Positions 37,201 to 50,141 of a stretch of DNA of 64,000 bases are shown here, piece by piece. The position numbers and the translations under genes are program-made. The first letter of the stretch is position 1; each line of letters starts with the position of its first letter. The notes beneath the pieces were generated by a model that did no database searches, was not told the origin of the DNA, and worked only from the letters and a program-made list of their open reading frames with translations. The stretch spans positions 7,378,001 through 7,442,000 of the forward strand of contig CM059452.1 in assembly GCA_030390025.1 (NCBI GenBank). Reading direction: 5' to 3'. Source of the stretch: Squalus acanthias (lineage: Eukaryota).

Positions 37201-38955
37201 CTCCTCCTTCCAAATAAGAGAAATGAGTTCATGTAGTCGCGCCAATAGTGCTCCTCTGCCATGTTTCAGCGCCTCGGCAGGGATTCCATCTGCTCCTGAG
37301 GCCTTGTTGTTCTTCAGTTCTCGGATGACCTTTTCAACCTCATGCCGTGCTGGGGTTGTGCTGAGATGGTGGCGGGTAGCATGCTGCGGGATGAAGTTGA
37401 GGACACTCGCTTCGAAGACAGAGTCTTGGTTAAGGAGATCTTCGAAGTGCTCCTTCCAGCGGGCACTGACTGCCTCTCTGTCTTTGATGAGTACCTCTCC
37501 GTTCTTGGCGCACAGTGGGGTAGGACCTTGGGTGCTTGGGCCGTAGGTGGTCTTGACTGCGCGAAAGAATCCACGCACGTCGTGGTTGTCAGCTAGCTGC
37601 TGGATCTCCTGCACTTTCTCCACCCACCATCTGTTCTTTAGGTCGCGAGTTTTTTGTTGGACCTCGGCCTTCAGGCCTCTGTAGAGCTGCTTTCTTGCTC
37701 TCTTGTTCTGTTGCTGTTTCCAGATCAGGGATGCCTTGCGCTTGCGGCTTATTAGCTCCTGGATCTCCTGGTCGTTCTCGTTGAACCAGTCTTGCTGTTT
37801 CCTGGTCGAGTGACCGAGCATCTCGTCACAGGTGCTGATTATGGAGGCCTTGACTGCAGACCAAGCGCTGTGGACACTCTGTGTCTCTGCATCACTGGGA
37901 GCCGTCACGTTGTTTGTGAGGCGCAGGCTGAATAGGGCTTTCTCAGCGGGGTGTTTGAGTGCTCCAGCATTGATTTTCCTGCGGCATTGTTTCTGTTGCT
38001 GCCGCTGTTTTGGGGCTACATTGATGCAGATGTCAGACCGGATTAGGCGGTGGTCTGTCCAGCATTCGTCAGCTCCTGTCATGGCGCGGGGGATATGGAT
38101 ATACTTGCGGGCCCTCGCTCGGACGATGATGTAGTCCAGCAGATGCCAGTGCTTGAAGCGAGGGTGCTGCCATGAAACCTTGTACTTGTCTCTCTGATGG
38201 AACAAGGTGTTGGTTATGACAAGGCCATGTTCTAAGCATTTCGACAGGAGGAGGGTACCATTGGAGTTGGCTTTCCCTACCCCCTCTCTGCCAATCACAC
38301 CACCCCAGAGATCTGTGTCCTTTCCAACTCTGGTGTTGAAGTCTCCAAGGAGGATCAGATTGTCACCCGTTGGGACTCGGGACAGGGATTGTTCGAGGCT
38401 GGAGTAGAATTCCTCTTTAGTCTCGTCTGTGGCTTCCAGTGTTGGGGCGTACGCACTGATGACCGTAGCGCACTGGTTCCGGGCTAGGGTGAGCTGTACA
38501 ATCATGAGGCGTTCGTTTATTCCACAAGGGGAGTCTGTGAGACGTTCAACCAGCTATTTTTTTATGGTGAAGCCTACCCCATGGAGGCGGCGGTCTTCTT
38601 CAGGTTTGTCTTTCCAGAAGAAGGTGTAACCACCGCCTTGCTCCTTGAGCTGGCCTTCCCCTGCCTGCCGGGTCTCGCTTAGGTCACCGATGACTATGTC
38701 CAAACGTCTGAGCTCCCGGGCAACGATAGCAGTACAGCGTTCCGGCCTGTCGCTGTTGGGGTTATCCATGAGGGTCCTGACGTTCAAGGTCCCGGACTTC
38801 ATTTTAAAGGGTGGAAGATGCCTGTGCGTGAATTATTTTAATGTGGGGTGGCCGTTGCACACCAGCTACCACACGGGCTTGACAGAACAAGATCTTGGTC
38901 CAATGGCAAGGGGATCCAAGACGGTTGGAGACCAGGCTCTGCTACATCGGCCTAG
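34258..38955 (-). mobile_element. Near full-length RTE-clade LINE (APE endonuclease plus RT), frameshifted, in the TM1-TM2 intron
   Basis: GTLNVRTL, YAPTL, LLGDFN, HWHLLDYI, TDHRL, GVKQGC, YADD and LRW.GHIVRM..GGQRKR motifs. Confidence 0.92.
34733..36029 (-). mobile_element. CR1 LINE 3' part nested in the RTE element
   Basis: GVPQGSVLGP, KFADD and LVRPHLEYC motifs; (ACATAAGA) tail. Splits the RTE ORF at ANIPSI/IEA. Confidence 0.92.
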
Positions 38956-39086
38956 CACACACACACAAACATACTCCTACTGTCCTCCTCCCTCCGGTCG
39001 TCTCTGCCTGGGTTTCACACGCTGCAGTGTGGTCCCCCCGACCCCGCTGCTGGTCCACGCTGCGCCACTCCTGGACCTCGACCTCG

Positions 39087-39432
39087 ACCTCGCTGCTGGG
39101 CTCGTCCTCGCTCCTGAACCCCGTCCTCACTCCTGGGTCCCGACCTCGCTCCTGGGCCCCGTTCTCGCTCCTGGGTTCCGACCTCGCCCCTGGGCCTCGA
39201 TCTCGCTCCTGGGTCCCGTCCTCGCCCCTGGGCCTCGTCCTCGCTCCTGGGCCTCGACCTCGCTCCTGGGTCCCGAACTCGCTCCTGGGCCTCGTTCTCG
39301 CTCCTGGATCCCGTCCTCCTTTTAGTGTGTCTCCTTCCAGTAAGTGTGTCCCGCGGTGCGTCTCCTTCTAGTGAGTGTGTCCCACGGTGCGTCTCCTTCC
39401 AGTGAGTGTATCCCGCGGTGCGGCTCCTTCCA
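39087..39432. repeat. GC-rich 19-bp tandem repeat (CCTCGCTCCTGGGYCYCGN) plus about three 30-bp repeats next to the TM1 donor
   Basis: CTCGCTCC recurs at 39240, 39259, 39278 and 39297. Confidence 0.85.
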
Positions 39433-39440
39433 CTTCTCAC

Positions 39441-39568
39441 CTTCACGAGAGTGACGGCAGCGCTGTAAGAAATGCTCAGGAAGAACAGGATGATGAATGT
39501 GGAAGCGGTTGTCCAGATGTTGCCGCTCTCTTCCTCATAGTCTTCAATCAAGATGTGGTCTGAGGAAT
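39441..39568 (-). CDS. IGHM: IgM TM1 exon
   Basis: tag|AT TCC..DSSDHILIEDYEEESGNIWTTASTFIILFFLSISYSAAVTLVK|GTGAGA, containing the CART motif. Confidence 0.95.
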
Positions 39569-41079
39569 CTACGGGGATGTAGAGGAGGAAGTATATTCAG
39601 ATCGTTTATTAATCCAATATATCATATTATTATTATGTATTCTCCTTTCTTTTCCTTAAGTTATTAGTTTATTCTCTAATTTAATTTTCAATGTATATCT
39701 TGTGTTAATGTAATCACTCTCAGCAATCTATCTCTGTTCCTAACTCCACAGTCGATCTTCCTTTATTATCCTCCTATAGTCCGTGTTGGAAAATATGACA
39801 TTTTTTCTTCAATGACACACGCTAATTGATTTTGCATCAATTTCGTACGATCCATCAGTCGGGGATAATATGATGAAATATCGAGGGATGTTTGCTGACT
39901 GATATCGATTATTTTAACGATAGGTTTATGCAGATAGTTATTTGGAGACTGTCAAGGGGGCTGGGAAAGAGATCAGATATGAGTTATAATCTGATTATTT
40001 ATTTCTTACGGCAATGCTCTGAACAAAATTAACTTGTATCAGTTTCCAACAAGAACAGTGATTCAGTGTATGAGTAGGACCAGAATAGAGAAATGTGAGA
40101 TGTTACGTTATCAGGAATAATTTATTCAGAACAATCGTTGAAGACTGTGTCCGTAAAAACTGCATTTTTATTCTACATTCGTCGACAGCCTGACGTTTTT
40201 TGTGCGCTTTAGTGATTGTGTTTGTGTGTATGACGAACTTTTGTTTTGGTTTAGTCTGAGTTTCTGTGTTAATGTGTGTGTTGATGTGTAAGTGTGTGTG
40301 TATTTATGTTTAAGTGTGTGTGTGTTTTGTGTAAGTGTGTGTCTATATTTACGTGTCAGCGCGTGCGTATTTAAGTGCAACTGTGTGTGTTTGCATGTAT
40401 GTGTGTGTGTTTGTGTGTAATTGTGTATTTGTTTGTTTATGCATGCGTGTGTGTGTGAATGCTTGTGTTTGTGTGTGTTTTGTGTAAGCGTGTGTGTGTG
40501 TATTTTTGCTATTGTTCAAAGTTTCAGAGAGTACCAATAACTGGGTCTGATATTGACGCTGTGTATTATATTCTGGGTATGTGTAATATACTGTGTCAGT
40601 GTGTTAATGTGTGTGGTCATGTGTAAGTCTCTGTGTGCTTGTGTGTAAGTGTGCACTTACACAAAAACACGCACACTCATACAAAATCGCAAACACACTT
40701 ACACATAAACACACACACACTCACTTTACACGCATTCTTCCCCGCTCTGTGTAAATGTGTTCTGTGTGAGACGCAATGTGACGTCAACCGATGGAATGCA
40801 ACAATTCAACCGATGGGCCTCAGAACCATCAGGGACACAACCGTGAGAAACCCGCAGAGGATTCAATCACCAGTTAGATTTGGACTGTTAAAATTCAATC
40901 TGTTAGTTTACGAATAACAGGGACAGGTTTACTCCAAACACTTGTTAAAGATAATATGTTGACTAAATATTTATATCACAACATGATTTCCATGCGGCAA
41001 GTTTAATGTTTTCGGACATTGAGTTAGAAGCTGACTTTCTACAGATGGCAACTGACTTTATATAATTGAGATAGGTTCA

Positions 41080-44000
41080 CCTCTCCTCTCTCTGATGGGA
41101 GAGTGGAGGTACAGTGGGTTAACAATTGCCCTTTCCCCTCTCTCTGGTGGGGGAGTGGGGGTACAGTGGGTTAACAATTGCCCTTTCCCCTCTCTCTGGT
41201 GGGGGAGTGGGGGTACAGTGGGTTAACAATTGCCCTTTCCCCTCTCTCTGGTGGGGGAGTGGGAGGTACAGTGGGTTAACAATTGCCCTTTCCCCTCTCT
41301 CTGGTGGGGGAGTGGGAGGTACAGTGGGTTAACAATTGCCCTTTTCCCTCTCTCTGGTGGGGGAGTGGGAGGTACAGTGGGTTAACAATTGCCCTTTTCC
41401 CTCTCACTGATGGGAGAGTGTGAGGTATAGTGGGTTAACAATTGCCCTTTCCCCTCTCTCGGGTGGGGGAGTGGGGGTACAGTGGGTTAACAATTGCCCT
41501 TTCCCCTCTCTCTGGTGTGGGAGTGGGGGTACAATGGGTTAACAATTGCCCTTTCCCCTCTCTCTGGTGGGGGAGTGGGGGTACAGTGGGTTAACAATTG
41601 CCCTTTCCCCTCTCTCTGGTGGGGGAGTGGGGGTACAGTGGGTTAACAATTGCCCTTTCCCCTCTCTCTGGTGGGGGAGTGGGAGGTACAGTGGGTTAAC
41701 AATTACCCTTTCCCCGCTCTCTGGTGGGGGAGTGGGAGGTACAGTGGGTTAACAATTACCCTTTCCACTCTCTCTGGTGGGGGAGTGGGAGGTACAGGGG
41801 GTTAACAATTACCCTTTCCCCGCTCTCTGGTGGGGGAGTGGGAGGTAAGGTGGGTTAACAATTGCCCTTTCCACTCTCTCTGGTGGGGGAGTGGGGGGTA
41901 CAGTGGGTTAACAATTGCCCTTTCCCCTCTCTCTGGTGGGGGAGTGGGAGGTACAGTGGGTTAACAATTGCCCTTTCCCCTCTCTCTGGTGGGGGAGTGG
42001 GAGGTACAGTGGGTTAACAATTGCCCTTTCCCCTCTCTCTGGTGGGGGAGTGGGAGGTACAGTGGGTTAACAATTGCCCTTTCCACTCTCTCTGGTGGGG
42101 GAGTGGGGGTACAGTGGGTTAACAATTGCCCTTTCCACTCTCTCTGGTGGGGGAGTGGGGGTACAGTGGGTTAACAATTGCCCTTTCCCCTCTCTCTGGT
42201 GGGGGAGTGGGAGGTAAGGTGGGTTAACAATTGCCCTTTCCCCTCTCTCTGGTGGGGAGTGGGGGTACAGTGGGTTAACAATTACCCTTTCCACTCTCTC
42301 GGGTGGGGGAGTGGGAGGTACACTGGGTTAACAATTGCCCTTTCCCCTCTCTCTGGTGGGGGAGTGGGGGTACAGTGGGTTAACAATTGCCCTTTCCCCT
42401 CTCTCTGGTGGGGGAGTGGGGGTACAGTGGGTTAACAATTGCCCTTTCCCCTCTCTCTGGTTGGGGAGTGGGGGTACAGTGGGTTAACAATTGCCCTTTC
42501 CCCTCTCTGTGGTGGGGGAGTGGGAGGTACAGTGGGTTAACAATTGCCCTTTCCCCTCTCTCTGTGGTGGAGTGGGGGGTACAGTGGGTTAACAATTGCT
42601 CTTTCCCCTCTCTCTGGTGGGGGAGTGGGGGGTACAGTGGGTTAACAATTGCCCTTTCCCCCTCTCTCTGGTGGGGAGTGGGGGTTACAGTGGGTTAACA
42701 ATTGCCCTTTCCCCTCTCTCTGGTGGGGGAGTGGGGGGTACAGAGGGTTAACAATTGCCCTTCCCCCTCTCTCTGGTGGGGAGTGGGGGGACAGTGTGTT
42801 AACAATTGCCCTTTCCCCTCTCTCTGGTGGGGGAGTGGGGGTACAGTGGGTTAACAATTGCCCTTTCCCCTCTCTCTGGTGGGGGAGTGGGAGGTACAGT
42901 GGGTTAACAATTGCCCTTTCCCCTCTCTCTGGTGGGGGTTTGGGAGGTACAGTGGGTTAACAATTGCCCTTTCCACTCTCTCTGGTGGGGGAGTGGGAGG
43001 TACAGGGGGTTAACAATTGCCCTTTCCCCTCTCTCTGGTGGGGGAGTGGGAGGTAAGGTGGGTTAACAATTGCCCTTTCCCCTCTCTCTGGTGGTGGAGT
43101 GGGGGGTACAGTGGGTTAACAATTGCCCTTTCCCCTCTCTCTGGTGGGGGAGTGGGAGGTACAGTGGGTTAACAATTGCCCTTTCCCCTCTCTCTGGTGG
43201 GGGAGTGGGAGGTACAGTGGGTTAACAATTGCCCTTTCCCCTCTCTCTGGTGGGGGAGTGGGAGGTACAGCGGGTTAACAATTGCCCTTTCCCCTCTCTC
43301 TGGTGGGGGAGTGGGAGGTACAGGTGGGTTAACAATTGCCCTTTCCACTCTCTCTGGTGGGGGAGTGGGGGTACAGTGGGTTAACAATTGCCCTTTCCAC
43401 TCTCTCTGGTGGGGGAGTGGGGGTACAGTGGGTTAACAATTGCCCTTTCCCCTCTCTCTGGTGGGGGAGTGGGAGGTACAGTGGGTTAACAATTGCCCTT
43501 TCCCCTCTCTCTGGTGGGGAGTGGGGGTACAGTGGGTTAACAATTGCCCTTTCCACTCTCTCTGGTGGGGGAGTGGGAGGTACAGTGGGTTAACAATTGC
43601 CCTTTCCCCTCTCTCTGGTGGGGGAGTGGGGGTACAGTGGGTTAACAATTGCCCTTTCCCCTCTCTCTGGTGGGGGAGTGGGGGTACAGTGGGTTAACAA
43701 TTGCCCTTTCCCCTCTCTCTGGTGGGGAGTGTGGGGTACAGTGGGTTAACAATTGCCCTTTCCCCTCTCTCTGGTGGGGGAGTGGGGGTACAGTGGGTTA
43801 ACAATTGCCCTTTCCCCTCTCTCTGGTGGGGAGTGGGGGTACAGTGGGTTAACAATTGCCCTTTCCCCTCTCTCTGGTGGGGGAGTGGGAGGTACAGTGG
43901 GTTAACAATTGCCCTTTCCCCTCTCTCTGGTGGGGGAGTGGGGGTACAGTGGGTTAACAATTGCCCTTTCCCCTCTCTCTGGTGGGGGAGTGGAGGGTAC

Positions 44001-47000
44001 AGTGGGTTAACAATTGCCCTTCCCCCTCTCTCTGGTGGGGAGTGGGGGGTACAGTGGGTTAACAATTGCCCTTTCCCCTCTCTCTGGTGGGGGAGTGGGG
44101 GGTACAGAGGGTTAACAATTGCCCTTCCCCTCTCTCTGGTGGGGAGTGGGGGGACAGTGTGTTAACAATTGCCCTTTCCCCTCTCTCTGGTGGGGGAGTG
44201 GGGGGACAGTGTGTTAACAATTGCCCTTTCCCCTCTCTCTGGTGGGGGAGTGGGGGTACAGGGGGTTAACAATTGCCCTTTCCTCTCTCTCTGGTGGGGG
44301 AGTGGGGGGTACAGGGGGTTAACAATTGCCCTTTCCCCTCTCTCTGGTGGGGAGTGGGGGGTACAGTGGGTTAACAATTGCCCTTTCCCCTCTCTCAGGT
44401 GGGGGAGTGGGGGTAAAGTGGGTTAACAATTGCCCTTTCCCCTCTCTCTGGTGGGGGAGTGGGGGTACAGTGGGTTAACAATTGCCCTTTCCCCTCTCTC
44501 TGGTGGGGGAGTGGGGGTACAGTGGGTTAACAATTGCCCTTTCCCTTCTCTCTGGTGTGGGAGTGGGAGGTACAGTGGGTTAACAATTGCCCTTTCCCCT
44601 CTCTCTGGTGGGGGAGTGAGAGGTACAGTGGGTTAACAATTGCCCTTTCCCCACTCTCTGGTGGGGGAGTGGGGGTACAGTGGGTAAACAATTGCCCTTT
44701 CCCCTCTCTCTGGTGGGGGAGTGGGAGGTAAGGTGGGTTAACAATTGCCCTTTCCACTCTCTCGGGTGGGGGAGTGGGGGTACAGTGGGTTAACAATTGC
44801 CCTTTCCACTCTCTCTGGTGGGGGAGTGGGGGTACAGTGGGTTAACAATTGCCCTTTCCCCTCTCTCTGGTGGGGGAGTGGGAGGTACAGGTGGGTTAAC
44901 AATTGCCCTTTCCCCTCTCTCTGGTGGGGGAGTGGGGGTACAGTGGGTTAACAATTGCCCTTTTCCCTCTCGCTGGTGGGGAGTGTGGGGTACAGCGGGT
45001 TAACAATTGCCCTTTCCCCTCTCTCTGGTGGGCGAGGGGGAGGTACAGTGGGTTAACAATTGCCCTTTCCCCTCTCTCTGGTGGGGGAGTGGGGGTACAG
45101 TGGGTTAACAATTGCCCTTTCCCCTCTCTCTGGTTTGGGAGTGGGGGTACAGTGGGTTAACAATTGCCCTTTCCCCTCTCTCTGGTGGTGGAGTGGGGGG
45201 TACAGTGGGTTAACAATTGCCCTTTCCCCTCTCTCTGGTGGGGGAGTGGGGGGTACAGTGGGTTAACAATTGCCCTTCCCCCTCTCTCTGGTTGGGAGTG
45301 GGGGTACAGTGGGTTAACAATTGCCCTTTCCCCTCTCTCTGGTGGGGGAGTGGGGGGTACAGAGGGTTAACAATTGCCCTTCCCCCTCTCTCTGGTGGGG
45401 AGTGGGGGGACAGTGTGTTAACAATTGCCCTTTCCCCTCTCTCTGGTGGGGGAGTGGGGGGACAGTGTGTTAACAACTGCCCTTTCCCCTCTCTCTGGTG
45501 GGGGAGTGGGGGTACAGTGGGTTAACAATTGCCCTTTCCCCTCTCTCTGGTGGGGGAGTGGGGGTACAGTGGGTTAACAATTGCCCTTTCCCTTCTCTCT
45601 GGTTTGGGAGTGGGAGGTACAGTGGGTAAACAATTGCCCTTTCCCCTCTCTCTTGTGGGGGAGTGAGAGGTACAATGGGTTAACAATTGCCCTTTTCCCT
45701 CTCGCTGGTGGGGAGTGTGGGGTACAGTGGGTTAACAATTGCCCTTTCCCCTCTCTCTGGTGGGGGAGTGGGGGTACAGTGGGTTAACAATTGCCCTTTC
45801 CCCTCTCTCTGGTTTGGGAGTGGGGGTACAGTGGGTTAACAGTTGCCCTTTCCCCTCTCTGTGGTGGGGGAGTGGGAGGTACAGTGGGTAAACAATTGCC
45901 CTTTCCCCTCTCTCTGGTGGTGGAGTGGGGGGTACAGTGGGTTAACAATTGCCCTTTCCCCTCTCTCTGGTGGGGGAGTGGAGGGTACAGTGGGTTAACA
46001 ATTGCCCTTCCCCCTCTCTCTGGTGGGGAGTGGGGGGTACAGTGGGTTAACAATTGCCCTTTCCCCTCTCTCTGGTGGGGGAGTGGGGGGTACAGAGGGT
46101 TAACAATTGCCCTTCCCCCTCTCTCTGGTGGGGAGTGGGGGGACAGTGTGTTAACAATTGCCCTTTCCCCTCTCTCTGGTGGGGGAGTGGGGGGACAGTG
46201 TGTTAACAATTGCCCTTTCCCCTCTCTCTGGTGGGGGAGTGGGGGTACAGTGGGTTAACAATTGCCCTTTCCCCTCTCTCTGGTGGGGGAGTGTGGGTAC
46301 AGTGGGTTAACAATTGCCCTTTCCCTTCTCTCTGGTTTGGGAGTGGGAGGTACAGTGGGTAAACAATTGCCCTTTCCCCTCTCTCTTGTGGGGGAGTGAG
46401 AGGTACAATGGGTTAACAATTGCCCTTTCCCCACTCTCTGGTGGGGGAGTGGGGGTACAGTGGGTAAACAATTGCCCTTTCCCCTCTCTCTGGTGGGGGA
46501 GTGGGAGGTAAGGTGGGTTAACAATTGCCCTTTCCACTCTCTCGGGTGGGGGAGTGGGGGTACCGTGGGTTAACAATTGCCCTTTCCACTCTCTCTGGTG
46601 GGGGAGTGGGGGTACAGTGGGTTAACAATTGCCCTTTCCCCTCTCTCTGGTGGGGGAGTGGGAGGTAAGGTGGGTTAACAATTGCCCTTTCCCCTCTCTC
46701 TGGTGGGGGAGTGGGGGTACAGTGGGTTAACAATTGCCCTTTTCCCTCTCGCTGGTGGGGAGTGTGGGGTACAGCGGGTTAACAATTGCCCTTTCCCCTC
46801 TCTCTGGTGGGCGAGGGGGAGGTACAGTGGGTTAACAATTGCCCTTTCCCCTCTCTCTGGTGGGGGAGTGGGGGTACAGTGGGTTAACAATTGCCCTTTT
46901 CCCTCTCTCTGGTTTGGGAGTGGGGGTACAGTGGGTTAACAATTGCCCTTTCCCCTCTCTGTGGTGGGGGAGTGGGAGGTACAGTGGGTTAACAATTGCC

Positions 47001-49710
47001 CTTTCCCCTCTCTCTGGTGGTGGAGTGGGGGGTACAGTGGGTTAACAATTGCCCTTTCCCCTCTCTCTGGTGGGGGAGTGGGGGGTACAGTGGGTTAACA
47101 ATTGCCCTTCCCCCTCTCTCTGGTTGGGAGTGGGGGGTACAGTGGGTTAACAATTGCCCTTTCCCCTCTCTCTGGTGGGGGAGTGGGGGGTACAGAGGGT
47201 TAACAATTGCCCTTCCCCCTCTCTCTGGTGGGGAGTGGGGGGACAGTGTGTTAACAATTGCCCTTTCCCCTCTCTCTGGTGGGGGAGTGGGGGGACAGTG
47301 TGTTAACAACTGCCCTTTCCCCTCTCTCTGGTGGGGGAGTGGGGGTACAGTGGGTTAACAATTGCCCTTTCCCCTCTCTCTGGTGGGGGAGTGGGGGTAC
47401 AGTGGGTTAACAATTGCCCTTTCCCTTCTCTCTGGTTTGGGAGTGGGAGGTACAGTGGGTAAACAATTGCCCTTTCCCCTCTCTCTTGTGGGGGAGTGAG
47501 AGGTACAATGGGTTAACAATTGCCCTTTTCCCTCTCGCTGGTGGGGAGTGTGGGGTACAGTGGGTTAACAATTGCCCTTTCCCCTCTCTCTGGTGGGGGA
47601 GTGGGGGTACAGTGGGTTAACAATTGCCCTTTCCCCTCTCTCTGGTTTGGGAGTGGGGGTACAGTGGGTTAACAGTTGCCCTTTCCCCTCTCTGTGGTGG
47701 GGGAGTGGGAGGTACAGTGGGTAAACAATTGCCCTTTCCCCTCTCTCTGGTGGTGGAGTGGGGGGTACAGTGGGTTAACAATTGCCCTTTCCCCTCTCTC
47801 TGGTGGGGGAGTGGAGGGTACAGTGGGTTAACAATTGCCCTTCCCCCTCTCTCTGGTGGGGAGTGGGGGGTACAGTGGGTTAACAATTGCCCTTTCCCCT
47901 CTCTCTGGTGGGGGAGTGGGGGGTACAGAGGGTTAACAATTGCCCTTCCCCTCTCTCTGGTGGGGAGTGGGGGGACAGTGTGTTAACAATTGCCCTTTCC
48001 CCTCTCTCTGGTGGGGGAGTGGGGGGACAGTGTGTTAACAATTGCCCTTTCCCCTCTCTCTGGTGGGGGAGTGGGGGTACAGTGGGTTAACAATTGCCCT
48101 TTCCCCTCTCTCTGGTGGGGGAGTGTGGGTACAGTGGGTTAACAATTGCCCTTTCCCTTCTCTCTGGTTTGGGAGTGGGAGGTACAGTGGGTAAACAATT
48201 GCCCTTTCCCCTCTCTCTTGTGGGGGAGTGAGAGGTACAATGGGTTAACAATTGCCCTTTCCCCACTCTCTGGTGGGGGAGTGGGGGTACAGTGGGTAAA
48301 CAATTGCCCTTTCCCCTCTCTCTGGTGGGGGAGTGGGAGGTAAGGTGGGTTAACAATTGCCCTTTCCACTCTCTCGGGTGGGGGAGTGGGGGTACCGTGG
48401 GTTAACAATTGCCCTTTCCACTCTCTCTGGTGGGGGAGTGGGGGTACAGTGGGTTAACAATTGCCCTTTCCCCTCTCTCTGGTGGGGGAGTGGGAGGTAA
48501 GGTGGGTTAACAATTGCCCTTTCCCCTCTCTCTGGTGGGGGAGTGGGGGTACAGTGGGTTAACAATTGCCCTTTTCCCTCTCGCTGGTGGGGAGTGTGGG
48601 GTACAGCGGGTTAACAATTGCCCTTTCCCCTCTCTCTGGTGGGCGAGGGGGAGGTACAGTGGGTTAACAATTGCCCTTTCCCCTCTCTCTGGTGGGGGAG
48701 TGGGGGTACAGTGGGTTAACAATTGCCCTTTTCCCTCTCTCTGGTTTGGGAGTGGGGGTACAGTGGGTTAACAATTGCCCTTTCCCCTCTCTGTGGTGGG
48801 GGAGTGGGAGGTACAGTGGGTTAACAATTGCCCTTTCCCCTCTCTCTGGTGGTGGAGTGGGGGGTACAGTGGGTTAACAATTGCCCTTTCCCCTCTCTCT
48901 GGTGGGGGAGTGGGGGGTACAGTGGGTTAACAATTGCCCTTCCCCCTCTCTCTGGTTGGGAGTGGGGGGTACAGTGGGTTAACAATTGCCCTTTCCCCTC
49001 TCTCTGGTGGGGGAGTGGGGGGTACAGAGGGTTAACAATTGCCCTTCCCCCTCTCTCTGGTGGGGAGTGGGGGGACAGTGTGTTAACAATTGCCCTTTCC
49101 CCTCTCTCTGGTGGGGGAGTGGGGGTACAGTGGGTTAACAATTGCCCTTTCCCCTCTCTCTGGTGGGGGAGTGGGGGTACAGTGGGTTAACAATTGCCCT
49201 TTCCCTTCTCTCTGGTTTGGGAGTGGGAGGTACAGTGGGTAAACAATTGCCCTTTCCCCTCTCTCTTGTGGGGGAGTGAGAGGTACAATGGGTTAACAAT
49301 TGCCCTTTCCCCACTCTCTGGTGGGGGAGTGGGGGTACAGTGGGTAAACAATTGCCCTTTCCCCTCTCTCTGGTGGGGGAGTGGGGGTACAGTGGGTTAA
49401 CAATTGCCCTTTCCCCACTCTCTGATATGGGATTTGGAGGTACAGTGGGTTAACAATTGCCCTTTCCCCTCTCTCTGATATGGGATTTGGAGGTACAGTG
49501 GGTTAAAAATTGTCCTTTCCCCTCTCTCTGATATGGGATCTGGAGGTACAGTGGGTTAACAATTGTCCTTTCACCTCTCTCTGATATGGGATTTGGAGTT
49601 ACAGTGGTTTCACAATTGCCCTTTCCCCCATCTCTGGTGGGGGAGTGGGGGTTACAGTGGGTTAACAAATGCCCTTTCGGCTCTGTCTGGTGGGGGAGTG
49701 GGGGTACAGT
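41080..49710. repeat. 52-53-bp G/C-run tandem array (about 165 units) with higher-order repeats
   Basis: Unit GGGTTAACAATTGCCCTTTCCCCTCTCTCTGGTGGGGGAGTGGGGGTACAGT. Confidence 0.97.
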
Positions 49711-50097
49711 TTGTGTTCGTGTGCGGCCTCATTTCAGATCCCAGAAGGTGCGATGCTGTAAAATAAAACTGGCCCCAATTGTGAAGAGATGGACAACACG
49801 AGAAACAGGGACACCGAGATCTAAATGTGCTGCGTTTGTTTGTCTGAAATGGGAACTTTTTGATTCCCCCAGCGGGAGGAAAGTTGCTGAAGTGACTTTG
49901 AGGAATCCTGTCATGAAAGAGTTTCAGTCTGTCTCTAACCCGTGGTGTATCTGAGCTGGGAGCGCTGGCTGTACAAGCCTTGGGCCCGAGACCGGCAAAT
50001 ATCCTGCTTCAGATAAACAGCCCTCCCCTTGGCAAAAAATGGGAATCAAAATTAATTGAGCGGCTGTGTGTGTAACTGACGATTGGAAGAAAAGGCC

Positions 50098-50113
50098 TTT
50101 ATTGGTTTTTATT
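50098..50113 (-). terminator. Tandem poly(A) signals of secreted IgM
   Basis: Two AATAAA (50113-50108 and 50103-50098) about 30-45 nt after the stop codon. Confidence 0.8.
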
Positions 50114-50141
50114 CAAGAACTGAAATGCAATCGAGAGATTC

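Noticed and set aside
41080-49710. CRISPR-like array or CTCF super-anchor (CCACCAGAGAGAGG in each unit)
   Set aside because: There are no unique spacers and the context is vertebrate. The CTCF-like word mismatches the critical GGC core positions.
41126-49954. Dozens of short W/G/P-rich ORFs
   Set aside because: Artefacts of the 52-bp array.
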